DNA of 64,000 bases from Auanema rhodensis (taxonomy: Eukaryota > Animalia > Nematoda), in contig OZ059895.1 of the NCBI GenBank assembly GCA_964057225.1, positions 1,550,001 to 1,614,000 of the forward strand, in the 5' to 3' direction. Below the pieces are notes generated by a model. The model did not search any database and was not told the DNA's origin. It worked only from the letters and a program-made list of their open reading frames with translations. Both the position numbers and the translations under genes were made by a program. Below, one piece after another: positions 37,301 to 52,300 of this stretch (its first letter is position 1; each line of letters starts with the position of its first letter).

Positions 37301-40300
37301 TGAAGAATTAATTTTTTCGTTGAAAAACATTGTCTATCGTCTTTGCCTTGAAAAAAGGAATCTAAAAACATCTACTTTTTGCTACATTATTTTGAAATTT
37401 TTCGAAAAAATTTTTGTCAAAATGTTTTTGGAAGCAATGTTGAGTGTACATGGAAACTCAACATACACTAATGCATCATTTTTCAAACGATCATAACTAA
37501 TTTTTGTATTTAGCGTTTCTCAATGTAGTATAGTGCATTCGATGCGGATTTTTAAGCTGCGTCGATCTGTGTTATCAGATTTGCGCTAGCTTAAAAATGC
37601 ACCGAGATATCAACTGATATAAGTTCACACTTATATCCTCGATTTTCACACTGAAGAATTAATTTTTTCGTTGAATAACATTGTCTATCGTCTTTGCCTT
37701 GAAAAATGGAATCTAAAAACATCTACTTTTTGCTAAATTATTTTGAAATTTTTCGAAAAAATTTTTGTCAAAATGTTTTTGGAAGCAATGTTGAGTGTAC
37801 ATGGAAACTCAACATACACTAATGCATCATTTTTCAAACGATCATAACTTATTTTTGTATCGAGCGTTTCTCAATGTAGTATAGTGCATTCGATGCGGAT
37901 TTTTAAGCTGCGTCGATCTGTCTTATCAGATTTGCGCTAGCTTAAAAATGCACCGAGATATCAACTGATATAAGTTCACACTTATATCCTCGATTTTCAC
38001 CCTGAAGATATAATTTTTTCGTTGAATAACATTGTCCATCGTCTTTGCCTTGAAAAAAGGAATCTAAAAACATCTCCTTTTTGCTAAATTATTTTGAAAT
38101 TTTTCGAAAAAATTTTTGTCAAAATGTTTTTGGAAGCAATGTTGAGTGTACATGGAAACTCAACATACACTAATGCATCATTTTTCAAACGATCATAACT
38201 AATTTTTGTATCAAGCGTTTCTCGATGTAGTATAGTGCATTCGATGCGGATTTGTAAGCTGCGTCGATCTGTGTTATCAGATTTGCGCTAACTTAAAAAT
38301 GCACCGAGATATCAACTGATATAAGTTCACACTTATATCCTCGATTTTCACCCTGAAGAAATAATTTTTTCGTTGAATAACATTGTCCATCGTCTTTGCC
38401 TTGAAAAAAGGAATCTAAAAACATCTCCTTTTTGCTAAATTATTTTGAAATTTTTCGAAAAAATTTTTGTCAAAATGTTTTTGGAAGCAATGTTGAGTGT
38501 ACATGGAAACTCAACATACACTAATGCATCATTTTTCAAACGATCATAACTAATTTTTGTATCAAGCGTTTCTCGATGTAGTATAGTGCATTCGATGCGG
38601 ATTTGTAAGCTGCGTCGATCTGTGTTATCAGATTTGCGCTAACTTAAAAATGCACCGAGATATCAACTGATATAAGTTCACACTTATATCCTCGATTTTC
38701 ACCCTGAAGAATTAATTTTTTCGTTGAATAACATTGTCTATCGTCTTTGCCTTGAAAAATGAAATTTAAAAACATCTCCTTTTTGCTAAATTATTTTGAA
38801 ATTTTTCGAAAAAATTTTTGTCAAAATGTTTTTGGAAGCAATGTTGAGTGTACATGGAAACTCAACATACACTAATGCATCATTTTTCAAACGATCATAA
38901 CTAATTTTTGTATTAAGCTTTTCTCAATGTAGTATAGTGCATTCGATGCGGATTTTTAAGCTGCGTCGATCTGTGTTATCAGATTTGCGCTAGCTTAAAA
39001 ATGCACCGAGATATCAACTGATATAAGTTCACACTTATATCCTCGATTTTCACCCTGAAGAAATAATTTTTTCGTTGAATAACATTGTCCATCGTCTTTG
39101 CCTTGAAAAAAGGAATCTAAAAACATCTACTTTTTGCTAAATTATTTTGAAATTTTTCGAAAAAATTTTTGTCAAAATGTTTTTGGAAGCAATGTTGAGT
39201 GTACATGGAAACTCAACATACACTAATGCATCATTTTTCAAACGATCATAACTAATTTTTGTATCAAGCGTTTCTCGATGTAGTATAGTGCATTCGATGC
39301 GGATTTGTAAGCTGCGTCGATCTGTGTTATCAGATTTGCGCTAACTTAAAAATGCACCGAGATATCAACTGATATAAGTTCACACTTATATCCTCGATTT
39401 TCACCCTGAAGAATTAATTTTTTCGTTGAAAAACATTGTCTATCGTCTTTGCCTTGAAAAAAGGAATCTAAAAACATCTACTTTTTGCTACATTATTTTG
39501 AAATTTTTCGAAAAAATTTTTGTCAAAATGTTTTTGGAAGCAATGTTGAGTGTACATGGAAACTCAACATACACTAATGCATCATTTTTCAAACGATCAT
39601 AACTAATTTTTGTATCAAGCGTTTCTCGATGTAGTATAGTGCATTCGATGCGGATTTGTAAGCTGCGTCGATCTGTGTTATCAGATTTGCGCTAACTTAA
39701 AAATGCACCGAGATATCAACTGATATAAGTTCACACTTATATCCTCGATTTTCACCCTGAAGAATTAATTTTTTCGTTGAAAAACATTGTCTATCGTCTT
39801 TGCCTTGAAAAAAGGAATCTAAAAACATCTACTTTTTGCTACATTATTTTGAAATTTTTCGAAAAAATTTTTGTCAAAATGTTTTTGGAAGCAATGTTGA
39901 GTGTACATGGAAACTCAACATACACTAATGCATCATTTTTCAAACGATCATAACTAATTTTTGTATTTAGCGTTTCTCAATGTAGTATAGTGCATTCGAT
40001 GCGGATTTTTAAGCTGCGTCGATCTGTGTTATCAGATTTGCGCTAGCTTAAAAATGCACCGAGATATCAACTGATATAAGTTCACACTTATATCCTCGAT
40101 TTTCACACTGAAGAATTAATTTTTTCGTTGAATAACATTGTCTATCGTCTTTGCCTTGAAAAATGGAATCTAAAAACATCTACTTTTTGCTAAATTATTT
40201 TGAAATTTTTCGAAAAAATTTTTGTCAAAATGTTTTTGGAAGCAATGTTGAGTGTACATGGAAACTCAACATACACTAATGCATCATTTTTCAAACGATC

Positions 40301-43300
40301 ATAACTTATTTTTGTATCGAGCGTTTCTCAATGTAGTATAGTGCATTCGATGCGGATTTTTAAGCTGCGTCGATCTGTCTTATCAGATTTGCGCTAGCTT
40401 AAAAATGCACCGAGATATCAACTGATATAAGTTCACACTTATATCCTCGATTTTCACCCTGAAGATATAATTTTTTCGTTGAATAACATTGTCCATCGTC
40501 TTTGCCTTGAAAAAAGGAATCTAAAAACATCTCCTTTTTGCTAAATTATTTTGAAATTTTTCGAAAAAATTTTTGTCAAAATGTTTTTGGAAGCAATGTT
40601 GAGTGTACATGGAAACTCAACATACACTAATGCATCATTTTTCAAACGATCATAACTAATTTTTGTATCAAGCGTTTCTCGATGTAGTATAGTGCATTCG
40701 ATGCGGATTTGTAAGCTGCGTCGATCTGTGTTATCAGATTTGCGCTAACTTAAAAATGCACCGAGATATCAACTGATATAAGTTCACACTTATATCCTCG
40801 ATTTTCACCCTGAAGAAATAATTTTTTCGTTGAATAACATTGTCCATCGTCTTTGCCTTGAAAAAAGGAATCTAAAAACATCTCCTTTTTGCTAAATTAT
40901 TTTGAAATTTTTCGAAAAAATTTTTGTCAAAATGTTTTTGGAAGCAATGTTGAGTGTACATGGAAACTCAACATACACTAATGCATCATTTTTCAAACGA
41001 TCATAACTAATTTTTGTATCAAGCGTTTCTCGATGTAGTATAGTGCATTCGATGCGGATTTGTAAGCTGCGTCGATCTGTGTTATCAGATTTGCGCTAAC
41101 TTAAAAATGCACCGAGATATCAACTGATATAAGTTCACACTTATATCCTCGATTTTCACCCTGAAGAATTAATTTTTTCGTTGAATAACATTGTCTATCG
41201 TCTTTGCCTTGAAAAATGAAATCTAAAAACATCTACTTTTTGTTAAATTATTTTGAAATTTTTCGAAAAAATTTTTGTCAAAATGTTTTTGGAAGCAATG
41301 TTGAGTGTACATGGAAACTCAACATACACTAATGCATCATTTTTCAAACGATCATAACTAATTTTTGTATTAAGCTTTTCTCAATGTAGTATAGTGCATT
41401 CGATGCGGATTTTTAAGCTGCGTCGATCTGTGTTATCAGATTTGCGCTAGCTTAAAAATGCACCGAGATATCAACTGATATAAGTTCACACTTATATCCT
41501 CGATTTTCACCCTGAAGAAATAATTTTTTCGTTGAATAACATTGTCCATCGTCTTTGCCTTGAAAAAAGGAATCTAAAAACATCTACTTTTTGCTAAATT
41601 ATTTTGAAATTTTTCGAAAAAATTTTTGTCAAAATGTTTTTGGAAGCAATGTTGAGTGTACATGGAAACTCAACATACACTAATGCATCATTTTTCAAAC
41701 GATCATAACTAATTTTTGTATCAAGCGTTTCTCGATGTAGTATAGTGCATTCGATGCGGATTCGTAAGCTGCGTCGATCTGTGTTATCAGATTTGCGCTA
41801 ACTTAAAAATGCACCGAGATATCAACTGATATAAGTTCACACTTATATCCTCGATTTTCACACTGAAGAATTAATTTTTTCGTTGAATAACATTGTCTAT
41901 CGTCTTTGCCTTGAAAAATGGAATCTAAAAACATCTACTTTTTGCTAAATTATTTTGAAATTTTTCGAAAAAATTTTTGTCAAAATGTTTTTGGAAGCAA
42001 TGTTGAGTGTACATGGAAACTCAACATACACTAATGCATCATTTTTCAAACGATCATAACTTATTTTTGTATCGAGCGTTTCTCAATGTAGTATAGTGCA
42101 TTCGATGCGGATTTTTAAGCTGCGTCGATCTGTCTTATCAGATTTGCGCTAGCTTAAAAATGCACCGAGATATCAACTGATATAAGTTCACACTTATATC
42201 CTCGATTTTCACCCTGAAGATATAATTTTTTCGTTGAATAACATTGTCCATCGTCTTTGCCTTGAAAAAAGGAATCTAAAAACATCTCCTTTTTGCTAAA
42301 TTATTTTGAAATTTTTCGAAAAAATTTTTGTCAAAATGTTTTTGGAAGCAATGTTGAGTGTACATGGAAACTCAACATACACTAATGCATCATTTTTCAA
42401 ACGATCATAACTAATTTTTGTATCAAGCGTTTCTCGATGTAGTATAGTGCATTCGATGCGGATTTGTAAGCTGCGTCGATCTGTGTTATCAGATTTGCGC
42501 TAACTTAAAAATGCACCGAGATATCAACTGATATAAGTTCACACTTATATCCTCGATTTTCACCCTGAAGAAATAATTTTTTCGTTGAATAACATTGTCC
42601 ATCGTCTTTGCCTTGAAAAAAGGAATCTAAAAACATCTCCTTTTTGCTAAATTATTTTGAAATTTTTCGAAAAAATTTTTGTCAAAATGTTTTTGGAAGC
42701 AATGTTGAGTGTACATGGAAACTCAACATACACTAATGCATCATTTTTCAAACGATCATAACTAATTTTTGTATCAAGCGTTTCTCGATGTAGTATAGTG
42801 CATTCGATGCGGATTTGTAAGCTGCGTCGATCTGTGTTATCAGATTTGCGCTAACTTAAAAATGCACCGAGATATCAACTGATATAAGTTCACACTTATA
42901 TCCTCGATTTTCACCCTGAAGAATTAATTTTTTCGTTGAATAACATTGTCTATCGTCTTTGCCTTGAAAAATGAAATCTAAAAACATCTACTTTTTGTTA
43001 AATTATTTTGAAATTTTTCGAAAAAATTTTTGTCAAAATGTTTTTGGAAGCAATGTTGAGTGTACATGGAAACTCAACATACACTAATGCATCATTTTTC
43101 AAACGATCATAACTAATTTTTGTATTAAGCTTTTCTCAATGTAGTATAGTGCATTCGATGCGGATTTTTAAGCTGCGTCGATCTGTGTTATCAGATTTGC
43201 GCTAGCTTAAAAATGCACCGAGATATCAACTGATATAAGTTCACACTTATATCCTCGATTTTCACCCTGAAGAAATAATTTTTTCGTTGAATAACATTGT

Positions 43301-46300
43301 CCATCGTCTTTGCCTTGAAAAAAGGAATCTAAAAACATCTACTTTTTGCTAAATTATTTTGAAATTTTTCGAAAAAATTTTTGTCAAAATGTTTTTGGAA
43401 GCAATGTTGAGTGTACATGGAAACTCAACATACACTAATGCATCATTTTTCAAACGATCATAACTAATTTTTGTATCAAGCGTTTCTCGATGTAGTATAG
43501 TGCATTCGATGCGGATTTGTAAGCTGCGTCGATCTGTGTTATCAGATTTGCGCTAACTTAAAAATGCACCGAGATATCAACTGATATAAGTTCACACTTA
43601 TATCCTCGATTTTCACCCTGAAGAATTAATTTTTTCGTTGAAAAACATTATCTATCGTCTTTGCCTTGAAAAAAGGAATCTAAAAACATCTACTTTTTGC
43701 TACATTATTTTGAAATTTTTCGAAAAAATTTTTGTCAAAATGTTTTTGGAAGCAATGTTGAGTGTACATGGAAACTCAACATACACTAATGCATCATTTT
43801 TCAAACGATCATAACTAATTTTTGTATTTAGCGTTTCTCAATGTAGTATAGTGCATTCGATGCGGATTTTTAAGCTGCGTCGATCTGTGTTATCAGATTT
43901 GCGCTAGCTTAAAAATGCACCGAGATATCAACTGATATAAGTTCACACTTATATCCTCGATTTTCACACTGAAGAATTAATTTTTTCGTTGAATAACATT
44001 GTCTATCGTCTTTGCCTTGAAAAATGGAATCTAAAAACATCTACTTTTTGCTAAATTATTTTGAAATTTTTCGAAAAAATTTTTGTCAAAATGTTTTTGG
44101 AAGCAATGTTGAGTGTACATGGAAACTCAACATACACTAATGCATCATTTTTCAAACGATCATAACTTATTTTTGTATCGAGCGTTTCTCAATGTAGTAT
44201 AGTGCATTCGATGCGGATTTTTAAGCTGCGTCGATCTGTCTTATCAGATTTGCGCTAGCTTAAAAATGCACCGAGATATCAACTGATATAAGTTCACACT
44301 TATATCCTCGATTTTCACCCTGAAGATATAATTTTTTCGTTGAATAACATTGTCCATCGTCTTTGCCTTGAAAAAAGGAATCTAAAAACATCTCCTTTTT
44401 GCTAAATTATTTTGAAATTTTTCGAAAAAATTTTTGTCAAAATGTTTTTGGAAGCAATGTTGAGTGTACATGGAAACTCAACATACACTAATGCATCATT
44501 TTTCAAACGATCATAACTAATTTTTGTATCAAGCGTTTCTCGATGTAGTATAGTGCATTCGATGCGGATTTGTAAGCTGCGTCGATCTGTGTTATCAGAT
44601 TTGCGCTAACTTAAAAATGCACCGAGATATCAACTGATATAAGTTCACACTTATATCCTCGATTTTCACCCTGAAGAAATAATTTTTTCGTTGAATAACA
44701 TTGTCCATCGTCTTTGCCTTGAAAAAAGGAATCTAAAAACATCTCCTTTTTGCTAAATTATTTTGAAATTTTTCGAAAAAATTTTTGTCAAAATGTTTTT
44801 GGAAGCAATGTTGAGTGTACATGGAAACTCAACATACACTAATGCATCATTTTTCAAACGATCATAACTAATTTTTGTATCAAGCGTTTCTCGATGTAGT
44901 ATAGTGCATTCGATGCGGATTTGTAAGCTGCGTCGATCTGTGTTATCAGATTTGCGCTAACTTAAAAATGCACCGAGATATCAACTGATATAAGTTCACA
45001 CTTATATCCTCGATTTTCACCCTGAAGAATTAATTTTTTCGTTGAATAACATTGTCTATCGTCTTTGCCTTGAAAAATGAAATCTAAAAACATCTACTTT
45101 TTGTTAAATTATTTTGAAATTTTTCGAAAAAATTTTTGTCAAAATGTTTTTGGAAGCAATGTTGAGTGTACATGGAAACTCAACATACACTAATGCATCA
45201 TTTTTCAAACGATCATAACTAATTTTTGTATTAAGCTTTTCTCAATGTAGTATAGTGCATTCGATGCGGATTTTTAAGCTGCGTCGATCTGTGTTATCAG
45301 ATTTGCGCTAGCTTAAAAATGCACCGAGATATCAACTGATATAAGTTCACACTTATATCCTCGATTTTCACCCTGAAGAAATAATTTTTTCGTTGAATAA
45401 CATTGTCCATCGTCTTTGCCTTGAAAAAAGGAATCTAAAAACATCTACTTTTTGCTAAATTATTTTGAAATTTTTCGAAAAAATTTTTGTCAAAATGTTT
45501 TTGGAAGCAATGTTGAGTGTACATGGAAACTCAACATACACTAATGCATCATTTTTCAAACGATCATAACTAATTTTTGTATCAAGCGTTTCTCGATGTA
45601 GTATAGTGCATTCGATGCGGATTTGTAAGCTGCGTCGATCTGTGTTATCAGATTTGCGCTAACTTAAAAATGCACCGAGATATCAACTGATATAAGTTCA
45701 CACTTATATCCTCGATTTTCACCCTGAAGAATTAATTTTTTCGTTGAATAACATTGTCCATCGTCTTTGCCTTGAAAAAGGGAATCTAAAAACATCTACT
45801 TTTTGCTAAATTATTTTGAAATTTTTCGAAAAAATTTTTGTCAAAATGTTTTTGGAAGCAATGTTGAGTGTACATGGAAACTCAACATACACTAATGCAT
45901 CATTTTTCAAACGATCATAACTAATTTTTGTATCAAGCGTTTCTCGATGTAGTATAGTGCATTCGATGCGGATTTGTAAGCTGCGTCGATCTGTGTTATC
46001 AGATTTGCGCTAACTTAAAAATGCACCGAGATATCAACTGATATAAGTTCACACTTATATCCTCGATTTTCACCCTGAAGAATTAATTTTTTCGTTGAAT
46101 AACATTGTCCATCGTCTTTGCCTTGAAGAAGGGAATCTAAAAACATCTACTTTTTGCTAAATTATTTTGAAATTTTTCGAAAAAATTTTTGTCAAAATGT
46201 TTTTGGAAGCAATATTGAGTGTACATGGAAACTCAACATACACTAATGCATCATTTTTCAAACGATCATAACTAATTTTTGTATCAAGCGTTTCTCGATG

Positions 46301-49300
46301 TAGTATAGTGCATTCGATGCGGATTTGTAAGCTGCGTCGATCTGTGTTATCAGATTTGCGCTAACTTAAAAATGCACCGAGATATCAACTGATATAAGTT
46401 CACACTTATATCCTCGATTTTCACCCTGAAGAATTAATTTTTTCGTTGAATAACATTGTCTATCGTCTTTGCCTTGAAAAATTAAATCTAAAAACATCTA
46501 CTTTTTGCTAAATTATTTTGAAATTTTTCGAAAAAATTTTTGTCAAAATGTTTTTGGAAGCAATGTTGAGTGTACATGGAAACTCAACATACACTAATGC
46601 ATCATTTTTCAAACGATCATAACTAATTTTTGTATTAAGCGTTTCTCAATGTAGTATAATGCATTCGATGCGGATTTTTAAGCTGCGTCGATCTGTGTTA
46701 TCAGATTTGCGCTAGCTTAAAAATGCACCGAGATATCAACTGATATAAGTTCACACTTATATCCTCGATTTTCACCCTGAAGAATTAACTTTTTCGTTGA
46801 ATAACATTGTCCATCGTCTTTGCCTTGAAAAAAGGAATCTAAAAACATCTACTTTTTGCTAAATTATTTTGAAATTTTTCGAAAAAATTTTTGTCAAAAT
46901 GTTTTTGGAAGCAATGTTGAGTGTACATGGAAACTCAACATACACTAATGCATCATTTTTCAAACGATCATAACTAATTTTTGTATTAAGCGTTTTTCAA
47001 TGTAGTATAGTGCATTCGATGTGGATTTTTAAGCTGCGTCGATCTGTGTTATCAGATTTGCGCTAGCTTAAAAATGCACCGAGATATCAACTGATATAAG
47101 TTCACACTTATATCCTCGATTTTCACCCTGAAGAATTAATTTTTTCGTTGAATAACATTGTCTATCGTCTTTGCCTTGAAAAATGTAATCTAAAAACATC
47201 TACTTTTTGCTAAATTATTTTGAAATTTTTCGAAAAAATTTTTGTCAAAATGTTTTTGGAAGCAATGTTGAGTGTACATGGAAACTCAACATACACTAAT
47301 GCATCATTTTTCAAACGATCATAACTAATTTTTGTATCAAGCGTTTCTCAATGTAGTATAGTGCATTCGATGCGAATTTTTAAGCTGCGTCGATCTGTGT
47401 TATCAGATTTGCGCTAGCTTAAAAATGCACCGAGATATCAACTAATACAAGTTCACACTTATATCCTCGATTTTCACCCTGAAGAATTAATTTTCTCGTT
47501 GAATAACATTGTCCATCGTCTTTGCCTTGAAAAAAGGAATCTAAAAACATCTACTTTTTGCTAAATTATTTTGAAATTTTTTGAAAAAATTTTTGTCAAA
47601 ATGTTTTTGGAAGCAATGTTGAGTGTACATGGAAACTCAACATACACTAATGCATCATTTTTCAAACGATCATAACTAATTTTTGTATTAAGCGTTTTTC
47701 AATGTAGTATAGTGCATTCGATGCGGATTTTTAAGCTGCGTCGATCTGTGTTATCAGATTTGCGCTAGCTTAAAAATGCACCGAGATATCAACTGATATA
47801 AGTTCACACTTATATCCTCGATTTTCACCCTGAAGAATTAATTTTTTCGTTGAATAACATTGTCTATCGTCTTTGCCTTGAAAAATGTAATCTAAAAACA
47901 TCTACTTTTTGCTAAATTATTTTGAAATTTTTCGAAAAAATTTTTGTCAAAATGTTTTTGGAAGCAATGTTGAGTGTACATGGAAACTCAACATACACTA
48001 ATGCATCATTTTTCAAACGATCATAACTAATTTTTGTATCAAGCGTTTCTCGATGTAGTATAGTGCATTCGATGCGGATTTGTAAGCTGCGTCGATCTGT
48101 GTTATCAGATTTGCGCTAACTTAAAAATGCACCGAGATATCAACTGATATAAGTTCACACTTATATCCTCGATTTTCACCCTGAAGAACCAATTTTTTCG
48201 TTGAATAACATTGTCCATCGTCTTCGCCTTGAGAAAAGGAATCTAAAAACATCTACTTTTTGCTACATTATTTTGAAATTTTTCGAAAAAATTTTTGTCA
48301 AAATGTTTTTGGAAGCAATGTTGAGTGTACATGGAAACTCAACATACACTAATGCATCAATATTCAAACGATCATAACTAATTTTTGTATTAAGCGTTTT
48401 TCAATGTAGTATAGTGCATTCGATGCGGATTTTTAAGCTGCGTCGATCTGTGTTATCAGATTTGCGCTAGCTTAAAAATGCACCGAGATATCAACTGATA
48501 TAAGTTCACACTTATATCCTCGATTTTCACCCTGAAGAATTAATTTTTTCGTTGAATAACATTGTCTATCGTCTTTGCCTTGAAAAATGAAATCTAAAAA
48601 CATCTACTTTTTGTTAAATTATTTTGAAATTTTTCGAAAAAATTTTTGTCAAAATGTTTTTGGAAGCAATGTTGAGTGTACATGGAAACTCAACATACAC
48701 TAATGCATCATTTTTCAAACGATCATAACTAATTTTTGTATTAAGCTTTTCTCAATGTAATATAGTGCATTCGATGCGGATTTTTAAGCTGCGTCGATCT
48801 GTGTTATCAGATTTGCGCTAGCTTAAAAATGCACCGAGATATCAACTGATATAAGTTCACACTTATATCCTCGATTTTCACCCTGAAGAAATAATTTTTT
48901 CGTTGAATAACATTGTCCATCGTCTTTGCATTGAAAAAAGGAATCTAAAAACATCTACTTTTTGCTAAATTATTTTGAAATTTTTCGAAAAAATTTTTGT
49001 CAAAATGTTTTTGGAAGCAATGTTGAGTGTACATGGAAACTCAACATACACTAATGCATCATTTTTCAAACGATCATAACTAATTTTTGTATCAAGCGTT
49101 TCTCGATGTAGTATAGTGCATTCGATGCGGATTTGTAAGCTGCGTCGATCTGTGTTATCAGATTTGCGCTAACTTAAAAATGCACCGAGATATCAACTGA
49201 TATAAGTTCACACTTATATCCTCGATTTTCACCCTGAAGAAATAATTTTTTCGTTGAATAACATTGTCCATCGTCTTTGCCTTGAAAAAAGGAATCTAAA

Positions 49301-52300
49301 AACATCTACTTTTTGCTAAATTATTTTGAAATTTTTCGAAAAAATTTTTGTCAAAATGTTTTTGGAAGCAATGTTGAGTGTACATGGAAACTCAACATAC
49401 ACTAATGCATCATTTTTCAAACGATCATAACTAATTTTTGTATCAAGCGTTTCTCGATGTAGTATAGTGCATTCGATGCGGATTTGTAAGCTGCGTCGAT
49501 CTGTGTTATCAGATTTGCGCTAACTTAAAAATGCACCGAGATATCAACTGATATAAGTTCACACTTATATCCTCGATTTTCACCCTGAAGAATTAATTTT
49601 TTCGTTGAATAACATTGTCTATCGTCTTTGCCTTGAAAAATGAAATCTAAAAACATCTACTTTTTGCTAAATTATTTTGAAATTTTTCGAAAAAATTTTT
49701 GTCAAAATGTTTTTGGAAGCAATGTTGAGTGTACATGGAAACTCAACATACACTAATGCATCATTTTTCAAACGATCATAACTAATTTTTGTATTAAGCG
49801 TTTCTCAATGTAGTATAGTGCATTCGATGCGGATTTTTAAGCTGCGTCGATCTGTGTTATCAGATTTGCGCTAGCTTAAAAATGCACCGAGATATCAACT
49901 GATATAAGTTCACACTTATATCCTCGATTTTCACCCTGAAGAAATAATTTTTTCGTTGAATAACATTGTCCATCGTCTTTGCCTTGAAAAAAGGAATCTA
50001 AAAACATCTACTTTTTGCTAAATTATTTTGAAATTTTTCGAAAAAATTTTTGTCAAAATGTTTTTGGAAGCAATGTTGAGTGTACATGGAAACTCAACAT
50101 ACACTAATGCATCATTTTTCAAACGATCATAACTAATTTTTGTATCAAGCGTTTCTCAATGTAGTATAGTGCATTCGATGCGGATTTTTAAGCTGCGTCG
50201 ATCTGTGTTATCAGATTTGCGCTAGCTTAAAAATGCACCGAGATATCAACTAATACAATTTCACACTTATATCCTCGATTTTCACCCTGAAGAATTAATT
50301 TTCTCGTTGAATAACATTGTCCATCGTCTTTGCCTTGAAAAAAGGAATCTAAAAACATCTACTTTTTGCTAAATTATTTTGAAATTTTTCGAAAAAATTT
50401 TTGTCAAAATGTTTTTGGAAGCAATGTTGAGTGTACATGGAAACTCAACATACACTAATGCATCATTTTTCAAACGATCATAACTAATTTTTGTATTAAG
50501 CTTTTCTCAATGTAGTATAGTGCATTCGATGCGGATTTTTAAGCTGCGTCGATCTGTGTTATCAGATTTGCGCTAGCTTAAAAATGCACCGAGATATCAA
50601 CTGATATAAGTTCACACTTATATCCTCGATTTTCACCCTGAAGAATTAATTTTTTCGTTGAATAACATTGTCTATCGTCTTTGCCTTGAAAAAAGGAATC
50701 TAAAAACATCTACTTTTTGCTAAATTATTTTGAAATTTTTCGAAAAAATTTTTGTCAAAATGTTTTTGGAAGCAATGTTGAGTGTACATGGAAACTCAAC
50801 ATACACTAATGCATCATTTTTCAAACGATCATAACTAATTTTTGTATTAAGCGTTTTTCAATGTAGTATAGTGCATTCGATGCGGATTTTTAAGCTGCGT
50901 CGATCTGTGTTATCAGATTTGCGCTAACTTAAAAATGCACCGAGATATCAACTGATATAAGTTCACACTTATATCCTCGATTTTCACCCTGAAGAATCAA
51001 TTTTTTCGTTGAATAACATTGTCCATCGTCTTCGCCTTGAAAAAAGGAATCTAAAAACATCTACTTTTTGCTACATTATTTTGAAATTTTTCGAAAAAAT
51101 TTTTGTCAAAATGTTTTTGGAAGCAATGTTGAGTGTACATGGAAACTCAACATACACTAATGCATCATTTTTCAAACGATCATAACTAATTTTTGTATCA
51201 AGCGTTTCTCAATGTAGTATAGTGCATTCGATGCGGATTTTTAAGCTGCGTCGATCTGTCTTATCCGATTTGCGCTAGCTTAAAAATGCACCGAGATATC
51301 AACTGATATAAGTTCACACTCATATCCTCGATTTTCACACTGAAGAATTAATTTTTTCGTTGAAAAACATTGTCTATCGTCTTTGCCTTGAAAAAAGGAA
51401 TCTAAAAACATCTACTTTTTGCTACATTATTTTGAAATTTTTCGAAAAAATTTTTGTCAAAATGTTTTTGGAAGCAATGTTGAGTGTACATGGAAACTCA
51501 ACATACACTAATGCATCATTTTTCAAACGATCATAACTAATTTTCGTATTTAGCGTTTCTCAATGTAGTATAGTGCATTCGATGCGGATTTTTAAGCTGC
51601 GTCGATCTGTGTTATCAGATTTGCGCTAGCTTAAAAATGCACCGAGATATCAACTGATATAAGTTCACACTTATATCCTCGATTTTCACACTGAAGAATT
51701 AATTTTTTCGTTGAATAACATTGTCTATCGTCTTTGCCTTGAAAAATGGAATCTAAAAACATCTACTTTTTGCTAAATTATTTTGAAATTTTTCGAAAAA
51801 ATTTTTGTCAAAATGTTTTTGGAAGCAATGTTGAGTGTACATGGAAACTCAACATACACTAATGCATCATTTTTCAAACGATCATAACTAATTTTTGTAT
51901 TAAGCGTTTCTCAATGTAGTATAGTGCATTCGATGCGGATTTTTAAGCTGCGTCGATCTGTGTTATCAGATTTGCGCTAGCTTAAAAATGCACCGAGATA
52001 TCAACTGATATAAGTTCACACTTATATCCTCGATTTTCACCCTGAAGAAATAATTTTTTCGTTGAATAACATTGTCCATCGTCTTTGCCTTGAAAAAAGG
52101 AATCTAAAAACATCTACTTTTTGCTAAATTATTTTGAAATTTTTCGAAAAAATTTTTGTCAAAATGTTTTTGGAAGCAATGTTGAGTGTACATGGAAACT
52201 CAACATACACTAATGCATCATTTTTCAAACGATCATAACTAATTTTTGTATTTAGCGTTTCTCAATGTAGTATAGTGCATTCGATGCGGATTTTTAAGCT

